Source: a virus
Virus record (IMG/VR): IMGVR_UViG_3300042888_001055
Reading direction: 5' to 3' (one strand)
DNA: 64,000 nt
The position numbers and the translations under genes are program-made. Positions 56,501-64,000 of the stretch are shown here, one piece after another. How positions within the stretch are numbered: position 1 is the stretch's first letter; each line of letters starts with the position of its first letter. The notes under the pieces were generated by a model. The model was not told where the DNA came from, searched no databases, and saw nothing but the letters and a program-made list of their open reading frames with translations.

Positions 56501-58411
56501 TCCATCAGTGTAATAATACCCTTTAAATATCAAACCACCATCAGAATTTGATTGTGAAAAAAACCAAAATTCTACAGTATAATCTCCCGATCCCATTTCA
56601 AATGCCGCATTGTCAGGAATACTCAAGTTGCTACTGCTGCCATCAAAGTATCCACTACCATATGTACTATAACTACTGTTTGGCACGAACGGATCAAATG
56701 AACTTATTGAAGTATTACCATTAACTGTTATAGCAAAGTTGTTTGTACTGTTATCTATAAATCTATTAGATTGGCAGGTTAATAATTGTGTGCCAGATAT
56801 TGCAGTTAATGGTGTTGTAGGTGGAGTGAAGGCTGATGTATAAACTGCTGTTCCTTTAACCATTCTAAAATTAGATAAATATCCTAAATACGGATATGTG
56901 CTACCATCTGAATTAATACCTATATACACCGATCCAGTAGTACAAGTATAATTAGTGCTATCAGTATAGTTAGACCCTGATTGTGTTCCATTGATATAAA
57001 ACTTGGTAGTACCCGATGATCTAACCAAAGCCACATGGATCCAAGTGTTTGTTGTTATTGCGCCGGCGGCTGTAGTATTTCTTGCATTACCATTTTGACC
57101 CAAGTTATACAAAGTTCCCGCAGAATCAACCCATAAAATTAATCTGCCAACACTATTGCCATCCACAACATCTAAAATTTGCCTATAACTTACTAAAGAT
57201 GTTTGATAAACCCAAAATTCAACAGTAAAGTTTTCGGAACCCATACCAAGTGAAGTGTTATTTGGTACTGTTAAGTAATCACCAGTACCATCAAAATAAT
57301 TACTATAATAGCCCGGTGTATATGGATTAAAACTATTTGGCTTTGTATCACCATTAATAGTTACCGCAAAGTTATTTGTACTAGCATCATCTACAAACGT
57401 TGTACTTGCTCCCGGTATCAATAATGTATTATACTCAAAGTATACATCATTGGCTACACTGATAACCCAATTGATAGTTATAGATGATAACTCACTTGTA
57501 GTATTTGCTGTTGCTGTTAACAATGAACTACTATTTGCTTCTACAGTAGGTGTTCCTGATATGTTTGCACCAGTTAAACTTAATCCAGTTGGTAGTGCAT
57601 TAGCAGTGTATGTAATTCCCGAACCAACAGCACTAGTTGCACTTAATACTACATTAGATATAGCACTGTTAGTTGCACTGGTATATGTTGTTCCATTAGC
57701 TGGACTAACCCATGTTACTACATCAGGGGTAATAGTTAAACTAAAACTACGATTAGTATCTTGTAGTTCCGCATCTGTTGCTCTAACAGTAAATGTGTAT
57801 GTTGTAGGGCTTGATAACAACTCACTTGTACCAGTAATTGTTCCATTACTATTAAAAGTTGCACCAGGTGGTATTGATCCACTAAACAAACTATATGTTA
57901 TTGGTGCATCACCTGTTGCAGTAACTGTTTGATTAAAACTAGCAGTTTCATAAACATTTCCCAAACTACCAGCGGCTGTTGTCCATGTTGGTACACCACT
58001 ATACTGAATACCCGGGATAGCAATCGCAGTTCCACCATCTGTGTTTATAACATACAATACATAACTACCTGCACTGTTAGCTGGACTTGTAAATGTAATA
58101 GTTGTAGAACTTACAACTGATACTACACCCACTGCACTACCATTAATCAACACACTTGCGCCAACCAAGAATCCACTACCAGTTAGTGTAATAGTTTGTC
58201 CACCTGCAGGATCGGCTGCAGTGTCATCTCCTGGATATCCTATAGTAGATACTTTTGGAGTGATAATTGTTGCTCCAGTAACTGTAACGTTACCTAATAT
58301 TAAATCATTTTGAACAAAAGCATTACCAAATTGATTAGATGTATTACCTAAACTAGTATTAGCCGGTGGGTTAAAAATATTTTGATTTTTTAACTGATAG
58401 TAATCTGCCAT
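53570..58411 (-). CDS. IPT/Ig-domain plus 6 LamG-like domain protein (paralog of 44181-48968)
   Basis: Same domain order and linkers as 44181-48968. Confidence 0.88.
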   Translation of the reverse strand: MADYYQLKNQNIFNPPANTSLGNTSNQFGNAFVQNDLILGNVTVTGATIITPKVSTIGYPGDDTAADPAGGQTITLTGSGFLVGASVLINGSAVGVVSVVSSTTITFTSPANSAGSYVLYVINTDGGTAIAIPGIQYSGVPTWTTAAGSLGNVYETASFNQTVTATGDAPITYSLFSGSIPPGATFNSNGTITGTSELLSSPTTYTFTVRATDAELQDTNRSFSLTITPDVVTWVSPANGTTYTSATNSAISNVVLSATSAVGSGITYTANALPTGLSLTGANISGTPTVEANSSSLLTATANTTSELSSITINWVISVANDVYFEYNTLLIPGASTTFVDDASTNNFAVTINGDTKPNSFNPYTPGYYSNYFDGTGDYLTVPNNTSLGMGSENFTVEFWVYQTSLVSYRQILDVVDGNSVGRLILWVDSAGTLYNLGQNGNARNTTAAGAITTNTWIHVALVRSSGTTKFYINGTQSGSNYTDSTNYTCTTGSVYIGINSDGSTYPYLGYLSNFRMVKGTAVYTSAFTPPTTPLTAISGTQLLTCQSNRFIDNSTNNFAITVNGNTSISSFDPFVPNSSYSTYGSGYFDGSSSNLSIPDNAAFEMGSGDYTVEFWFFSQSNSDGGLIFKGYYYTDGSWAQGFGVRRISATVFRFYFNTTGSTSTEKFYDYTSTTLLNTWYHVAMTVSSGVGYAFLNGTLLNPGGFASVGAITNSSIGLTIGAFPFESGYRYFNGYITDVRVVKGTAVYTTTFTPPSAPLTAIANTSLLTLQNNQSVNNNVFLDNSTNNFFVTRNGNTTQGTFSPYGGNWSNYFDGTGDYLTTPSSASISNFSGDFTIEGWVYLLSTSQFGVLVGGNGSAGWYIEYGYQRGFGAYDGSSFLNGNSSAVTNQWVNFAVSRSGSTVRFFINGALTASQTSANFNYTQALGIGAYSSGSSFITGYLSNIRINNTTALYTSAFTPSTTPLTPITNTQLLTCADNRLVDDSINNFTLTKNGDVSVQRFSPFNPSIVTPTSYSGYFDGTGDYLLLATSPATNITTGSFTIECWVYATTTLTADMYVFGTTNSVGGRLVGRIASSTTVTIQDSTGTTTFTVSTISLNTWNHIVWVRSGSSTTVFVNGIRSSTGVVVNTNSYTEILRIGAHLTNYYTGYISNFRIVVGTAVYDPTQSTITVPTSPLTAISGTSLLTLQSPTFIDNSTNNFTITAVGNSQPTQQNPFGVTSALTNGYTVSTIGGSGYFDGTGDYLTIPTNAAFNFGTGNFTIEAWVYPAQLTTDWFIISASGTNGLFFGYAPSTGGYGWGRAGVAWDYQPATSKTLNAWQHVAISRSGTSMKIFVDGVQQGTTQTNSTAYNLGITSTTIGSQGSNYVMTGNIADVRVVNGTALYTSNFVPSAAPLLAVQNTVLLNNMTSAGIYDAAMMNNMETVGDAKLSTAVSKFGGSSMSFDGTGDYLKAPYNPAYSLPGDFTVETWIYLTSAAGTGNQTIASFGYNNSTGTGPWGFYLNGTGPYTLYFNSTSGNKASSTTVAIPINTWTHVTYCRTGSTGRFFVNGTIVGTTISDSFTYSGTTQSLFVGIMSDVSSAPLYGYLDDLRITKGYARYTSNFTPATSAFPIF

Positions 58412-58421
58412 GTTTTATACC

Positions 58422-59438
58422 TTAAACGTTTGTTAATATCCAACCTTGGGCAGCATTATAATATACCAATGTAAATGCTGAACGGTTAGTTGTTACTGTC
58501 ATATCTGACGCTGTTCCTTGAATGTTACCACCATTTCTTCCAACTGTAATTGCATGTACACTTGCATTGCCAGTACCATCAATGATACCAACTTCAGTAC
58601 CTAATGACGGGCTACCCGGAAGTGTAACTGTTATATTAGAAGTATTGGTGTTAACTATATATTTTGTGTTTGCTGATGCTGAGGTGTTTGCTGTAATTTC
58701 TACATATGTGTAACCAGCTGCTCCATTGCCGCCGCCTCCACTACCCAAATTAAATGTCATTACTTCAATAGCGGCGCCACTAACTGGTGCACTACTTAAC
58801 GTAACGTTTGCTCCGGCAACAGTATATGCTGAATGTAATTGACTTACACCATCAATATTGATAATTGTATAATCTTCTGATGTTGGTGAGGTAGTTAGTG
58901 TAAATACTGTTTGTACTCCATTGCCAGTGAATGTGTCAATTACTATATTAGATCCGGCTGTTGCTGCCGATATCCAACTTAGTGCACCAGCACCGTCGGT
59001 ACTTAATACATATCCGTTAGCACCGCCGGTAATTACTACATTACCAACAGCACCCAAATTAGTTTGTCCGGTAATATTCAATGTGCCTGATACATTAACA
59101 CCGGTACCGGTAATTACTGCTACATTGGCATTCCCGGCAGAACTAAAATTTATATTGCCATTAACTGCTGGGATATTTACATTACTTGTACCATTAGATA
59201 TACCAGCAATGCTACCACCCTGACTAGCCCAAGATAGATTTCCAGTACCATCAGTTTGTAATACATAACCATTAGTGCCGCCAGTAATTTTTACATTACC
59301 AACATCACCTAGATTTGCTAAACTTGTGACACTAATATTTCCAATAAAGTAATTTGCCTGCACGTTTGCATTAGCAGAATGCAATGATATATTTCCGGTC
59401 GTGAGGCCGTTCTTTACGTTAAAATATTTAAATGACAC
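58422..59438 (-). CDS. short fibre/connector protein
   Basis: GTG start; KYFNVK N-terminus, DTFTGNGVQT domain, C-terminal TVTLP.SP..G...FTLVY...GW domain. Confidence 0.78.
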   Translation of the reverse strand: MSFKYFNVKNGLTTGNISLHSANANVQANYFIGNISVTSLANLGDVGNVKITGGTNGYVLQTDGTGNLSWASQGGSIAGISNGTSNVNIPAVNGNINFSSAGNANVAVITGTGVNVSGTLNITGQTNLGAVGNVVITGGANGYVLSTDGAGALSWISAATAGSNIVIDTFTGNGVQTVFTLTTSPTSEDYTIINIDGVSQLHSAYTVAGANVTLSSAPVSGAAIEVMTFNLGSGGGGNGAAGYTYVEITANTSASANTKYIVNTNTSNITVTLPGSPSLGTEVGIIDGTGNASVHAITVGRNGGNIQGTASDMTVTTNRSAFTLVYYNAAQGWILTNV

Positions 59439-59472
59439 AGTTCCATATTCCCTGTTTTACGAATTGTATTAT

Positions 59473-59500
59473 ATTTATCCCCCATTTAAGGGGGATAAAT
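59473..59500. other. perfect 11-bp hairpin overlapping a late-promoter-like motif
   Basis: ATTTATCCCCC-ATTTAA-GGGGGATAAAT; ATAAATA on minus at 59478-59472; no U-tract on minus strand. Confidence 0.6.
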
Positions 59501-59504
59501 TTGA

Positions 59505-62500
59505 TTAAGTTTTGATGTACGTACTAACTAAATTGACTTTTAAGTTTGCACTAGCTCCAGTCGCATACACCGATACATTTCCGGATACTCCGTTAATATT
59601 ACTTGATAATTCAATAATATCAGCAGTGTTATTACTACAAATGCTACCATAAATTGTAATATAAGCTGTAGTACCGTCATGTATCAATAGTGTTTCTACT
59701 GATTGGAATCCATCATCACCTGATGCACTAATAATATATTTCGCTGTTCTAAATGTACCTGGGGCAAATTGATCAACAACTGTATTAGTAGTTACTACTA
59801 CATTTGAACGATTACTTGTTAATCCACCGTTAAGAGCAACATAGTTAGCAGTTAAGTTACCAAAAGTAGTTGCACCTGTTACTATTAATGTACCTACATT
59901 AGCAGTACCAGCAGTGCTTATGTTACCACCAGATATATTACCAGTAACATTAGCTATACCACTAATGCTTATATTACCGCCGGATATGTTACCGGTTACA
60001 TCTAAACTTGTTAATGTACCAACGCTTGTGATATTTGGTTGAGCATTAGTTGTTACTGTGGCCGCTGTACCCGCCGTTGCTACATTTAAGTTAGCAACCT
60101 GAGTAGTAGATGAGACTATGAACGGTGCAGTACCAGTTGCTATTATAGAAGTAAATGTATTAGCAGATATATTATTAACATTACTAATATTACCACCTGA
60201 ACCAGATGTTGTTATATTACCAGCAGTTAAATCCCCAGTAACATTTAATGTGCCTGCTATATTAGCACCGGTACCAGTAATAACAACTACATTGGCATTG
60301 CCAGCAGAGCTAAAGTTTATATTGCCATTAACTGTTGGAATATTTACATTACTTGTTCCGTTACTTATACCTGATGAGTTGACTGAGACAAAAGACAATC
60401 CACCAGAACCATCTGTACTTAATACTTGACCACTTGTTCCACCTGATATATGTAAGTTAGCTACTGCGCCTAATGTAACATTAGCTGTAGTTGTAAAATT
60501 AACTACACCGGTTGCATTGCTTACTGTTAATCCAGTTAAACTGCCAACACTTGTAATATTTGGTTGAGCCGCAGTTGTTAGTGTACCTGTAAAGAAATTA
60601 GCACTTACTAAGTTAGCGCCAGTGATGTTACCGGCAACTAAATTACCAGTGATATTAGCTGTACCAGATATGTTAGCACCAGTACCAGTAACCACCAATG
60701 TAGTGTTACCGGCTGCAGTAATATCAACGTTACCATTAACTGTTGGAATATTTACATTACTAGTTCCGTTACTTATACCTGATGAACTTATTGAGATGAA
60801 TGACAATCCACCTGAACCATTTGTGCTTAGTACTTGACCATTAGTACCGCCGATAATTGTTATATTACCAACTGCCCCTAAATTACTTGTACCAGTAACT
60901 GCCAAAGTCCCTACATTAGCTGCTCCAGCTGTACTTATATTACCACCAGATATATTACCTGTTACAGTTAAACTTGTTAGTGTACCAACTGAAGTAATAT
61001 TTGGTTGAGCCGCAGTTGTTAATGTACCTGTAAAGAAATTAGCACTTACTAAGTTAGCGCCAGTAATGTTACCACCTGAGCCTGCGCCTGTACTGATATT
61101 ACCAGCACTGATGTTACCGGTAACTGTTAAATTACCTAATGTTCCAACACTTGTTAAATTACTAGTAACAATATTTGCATTCAATGCAGTACCGGTTAAG
61201 TTAGCCGCATTAGCAGTAATTGCTGTGTTAGATGCCGCTGTTAGTTGACCTTGTTGATTAACTGTAAATGTTGCTACAGCATCACCACTACCGTATGAAC
61301 CAGAAGTAACTGCTGTATTACTAATACTAAATTCATTGCCAGTTAATGTCAATCCTGTACCAGCTATGTATGAACCAGCTCCAGAGAATTGTACCCAAAT
61401 AATTTGTGTTGTACCAACTGTTATTGGTGTATTTGCAGTAGAAACCCAACCTGTATCTGCATTATATGTACCTTGTTCAACAAAGGTAAATGCTCCTGCC
61501 ATTTCAGTACCAACGTCAAAATCAGTTGAACGTGTTAATATGAAGGGAGCCGCACCTGAACCAACTTGTGTTACTACATAGATACCATTGAATGCGGCTG
61601 ATTGTGTTGTAGTATTAACAAATGCACCAACTTCATTCTTTATCAAAACACGTTCATTGAGAGATGGAGTTGATCCGTCAATACTTAATGCGCCGTTTGA
61701 AGAACTAGTAATTGTTGCTCCAACACCACTTGTTCCATTATTGTATGTGTATCCACTACCAAAAATACTTGTTGTAGTAGCATATACTACTGATGCCTTA
61801 GGATCTAGTCCTTGGGCAACACTATCAACATATGCTTTAGTAGTAGCATCAGTATCATTAACTGGTGTAGCAAGACCTGTAATGTTAAAGCTATTCATAC
61901 TAACATTACCACCAAAACTACCTGTTCCAGTTGCAATCAATACTGCTGTACCCAAGTTACCAACGTTAGCATTACCGGTAACACTTAATACACCGGGTGT
62001 AGTTAAATTACCAACGTTAGCATTGCCACTTACAAGTAATGATGTTAGTGTACCCAAACTAGTAATGTTACCCTGTGCGTTGCCTGTTACTGTGACTGCG
62101 AATGTTGCATTACCAACAGTACCAGTAACATTTGCACCAGCAATATTTGTTAAGCCTGCACCATTACCTGTAAATATACCTGTATTAGCGGTAATGTTAG
62201 CGGCAGTGATGTTTCCATTTACGTCAAGACCAGTTAATGTACCAACACTAGTAATATTAGCTTGTGCGGCACCTGTTACTGCTACTGCTAAACCAGCTGT
62301 TGCTACATTTAAGTTAGCAACCTGTGTTGTTGAAGTAACAACAAACGGTGCTGTGCCAGTAGTTATAATAGAAGTAAATGTATTAGCAGATATATTATTA
62401 GCACCGGTAATGTTACCAGCTGAACCAGCTGTTGTTATATTACCTGCAGTTAAATTTCCAGTAACATCAAAATTACCAGATACATTTGCACCAGTACCAG

Positions 62501-63044
62501 TAACTACTAATGTAGTATTACCGGCTGCTGTAATATTAACGTTACCGTTAACAGCTGGAATATTTACATTACTTGTACCGTTAGCAATTCCTGAGCCTGC
62601 TGAGATTGGTGCCCATACTAACGCACCTGAGCCATTTGTTTGTAGATAATATCCGTTAACACCACCAGTAATAGTAACGTTACCAACATTACCTAAATTA
62701 CTTGTACCAGTAACTACCAGTGTTCCTAAGTTAGCTTCACCTGCAGTACTTATATTGCCACCGGATAAATTACCTGTTACAGTTAAACTTGTTAGTGTAC
62801 CAACACTTGTAATATTTGGCTGAGCATTTGTATAGACTGTGCCGGCAACTAGTGCGTTACCAACTTGTCCAGATACATTTGCACCTGCTATATTACTTAA
62901 GTTATTACCAGCACCAATAAAGAAATTAGCGGTAAGAGCGTTACCCAAATTAGCATTGTTTGCTGTAATATTACCGGTTGTAGCATCTAGTAATATATTA
63001 CCAGTTGTTATACCTTGTTTTACATTAAAATATTTTGTAGTCAT
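59505..63044 (-). CDS. fibre shaft protein
   Basis: KYFNVK N-terminus; DATTKAYVD and RVLIKN...NGIYVV...LTRSTDFD tail-fibre module; C-terminal FRTAKY...LLIHDG..AYITIYG domain. Confidence 0.82.
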   Translation of the reverse strand: MTTKYFNVKQGITTGNILLDATTGNITANNANLGNALTANFFIGAGNNLSNIAGANVSGQVGNALVAGTVYTNAQPNITSVGTLTSLTVTGNLSGGNISTAGEANLGTLVVTGTSNLGNVGNVTITGGVNGYYLQTNGSGALVWAPISAGSGIANGTSNVNIPAVNGNVNITAAGNTTLVVTGTGANVSGNFDVTGNLTAGNITTAGSAGNITGANNISANTFTSIITTGTAPFVVTSTTQVANLNVATAGLAVAVTGAAQANITSVGTLTGLDVNGNITAANITANTGIFTGNGAGLTNIAGANVTGTVGNATFAVTVTGNAQGNITSLGTLTSLLVSGNANVGNLTTPGVLSVTGNANVGNLGTAVLIATGTGSFGGNVSMNSFNITGLATPVNDTDATTKAYVDSVAQGLDPKASVVYATTTSIFGSGYTYNNGTSGVGATITSSSNGALSIDGSTPSLNERVLIKNEVGAFVNTTTQSAAFNGIYVVTQVGSGAAPFILTRSTDFDVGTEMAGAFTFVEQGTYNADTGWVSTANTPITVGTTQIIWVQFSGAGSYIAGTGLTLTGNEFSISNTAVTSGSYGSGDAVATFTVNQQGQLTAASNTAITANAANLTGTALNANIVTSNLTSVGTLGNLTVTGNISAGNISTGAGSGGNITGANLVSANFFTGTLTTAAQPNITSVGTLTSLTVTGNISGGNISTAGAANVGTLAVTGTSNLGAVGNITIIGGTNGQVLSTNGSGGLSFISISSSGISNGTSNVNIPTVNGNVDITAAGNTTLVVTGTGANISGTANITGNLVAGNITGANLVSANFFTGTLTTAAQPNITSVGSLTGLTVSNATGVVNFTTTANVTLGAVANLHISGGTSGQVLSTDGSGGLSFVSVNSSGISNGTSNVNIPTVNGNINFSSAGNANVVVITGTGANIAGTLNVTGDLTAGNITTSGSGGNISNVNNISANTFTSIIATGTAPFIVSSTTQVANLNVATAGTAATVTTNAQPNITSVGTLTSLDVTGNISGGNISISGIANVTGNISGGNISTAGTANVGTLIVTGATTFGNLTANYVALNGGLTSNRSNVVVTTNTVVDQFAPGTFRTAKYIISASGDDGFQSVETLLIHDGTTAYITIYGSICSNNTADIIELSSNINGVSGNVSVYATGASANLKVNLVSTYIKT

Positions 63045-63055
63045 TTTTGATCCTT

Positions 63056-64000
63056 TTAATCTGCTACGTAAACGCCCAATAAATTCACCGTTGTGTTAGC
63101 TGAGCCAGTTGTGGCTAGCAACCTAACATTTCCGGAAATTACATTCGTTGACAATGCTATAATATCGAACCCTACAGTAGATAAACTACCATATATAGTT
63201 ACATAACTATTAGCACTATCGTGTATCAATAATACTTCAACAGCTTGATATCCGTCATCACTGTTGACTCTCATTGTGTATTTAGCTGACCTGTATTTAA
63301 TGACCGGAAAGCTATCAATTACTGTATTTGTTGTAACAGCTATTGGTGTTCTGTTACTATAGATATCACTGACTTTTAAGTTTGTTATTGTTGCTGTATC
63401 ATTAACAATCAAATTACCTCGGGCAGTTACATTTCCTGTAGTACTTCCCATTGAAATATTAGCTATTAGACCAAAATTAATATTACCAATTGCTGTAGTA
63501 AAAATACCAGCATCACCGCCACTAACAGCTACTGTACCAGTACTTAATGTTAATAACCCGGCAGTTGACGATATATTTCCAGTAATACTAGCATTGCCAC
63601 TAGCAATAATATCACCCGTCACATCAACATTAGTTCTATTAATAGTTGCTACTATATTAGCTGTACCAGAACCGCCTACTATGAATTTTACTGCGCTAGG
63701 AATTTTACTAGTTCCTATAACTAAATTACCACCACGTACATATAGATATCCGTCATCTGGCGTTAGTGCATTACCTAAACTATTTGTTTGAGTACCGTCC
63801 CATGCACTACCTGTAATACCCATATTGATATAGTTGTTTACACTATTACCATTATCTGAGGTTAATGCAATGTCAGTACTAGATGTTGCTCCGGTATTGA
63901 TATTTTGAAAATTTATCTGTGACGCACTATTTAAGTTACTAGTAAATTGTACTATAGTGTTTGGAACAGCAGTAAAACCAGTAACACCTGCCTGCAATGC
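63056..64000 (-). CDS. fibre-related protein, 5'-truncated by window edge
   Basis: C-terminal YRSAKY...LLIHDS..SYVTIYG domain paralogous to that of 59505-63044. Confidence 0.78.
   Translation of the reverse strand, partial: ALQAGVTGFTAVPNTIVQFTSNLNSASQINFQNINTGATSSTDIALTSDNGNSVNNYINMGITGSAWDGTQTNSLGNALTPDDGYLYVRGGNLVIGTSKIPSAVKFIVGGSGTANIVATINRTNVDVTGDIIASGNASITGNISSTAGLLTLSTGTVAVSGGDAGIFTTAIGNINFGLIANISMGSTTGNVTARGNLIVNDTATITNLKVSDIYSNRTPIAVTTNTVIDSFPVIKYRSAKYTMRVNSDDGYQAVEVLLIHDSANSYVTIYGSLSTVGFDIIALSTNVISGNVRLLATTGSANTTVNLLGVYVAD

Noticed and set aside
32197-63044. CRISPR array or diversity-generating retroelement
   Set aside because: Repeats are in-frame coding modules with irregular spacing; no cas or reverse transcriptase gene, and I saw no adenine-specific TR/VR pair.
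26246-63791. Many plus-strand ORFs (for example 30820-31995, 61588-62649) rich in Pro/Val/Leu
   Set aside because: Shadow frames of Gly/Thr/Asn-rich minus-strand genes.
1-64000. Stop-codon reassignment
   Set aside because: Known genes are full length under code 11, TAG and TGA end genes, and no suppressor anticodon is present in this window.

Overview
AT-rich segment of a large tailed dsDNA phage (T4-like/myovirus-style: PAAR spike, class Ia nrdAB, glutaredoxin, SleB-type hydrolase, recurrent TAAATA late-promoter-like motif), standard genetic code, mostly minus strand. 1-3.0 kb: tRNA array (11 CCA-ending tRNAs, a partial HNH nuclease gene, several structured RNA candidates). It is headed by a near-consensus sigma70 promoter, an unannotated 45-codon leader ORF using all 20 amino acids and 36 different codons, and mutually exclusive antiterminator/terminator hairpins. 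I read this as a candidate ribosome-sensing attenuator controlling phage tRNA supply, and it is the top finding. 3-15 kb: island of Fe(II)/2OG/cupin oxygenases (10 counting one inside the tRNA array), two PP-loop ATPases, two GNAT-like proteins, a radical SAM enzyme, a desaturase and a TctC/Bug protein. 15-25.5 kb: rubredoxin/rubrerythrin/IscU, baseplate-associated genes, grx-nrdB-nrdA. 25.5-64 kb: modular Asn/Gly/Thr-rich fibre genes, LamG and Gly-rich head genes and small adapters. Their matching N- and C-terminal modules suggest a daisy-chained, branched fibre. All calls come from reading the sequence; no database searches or folding programs were run.
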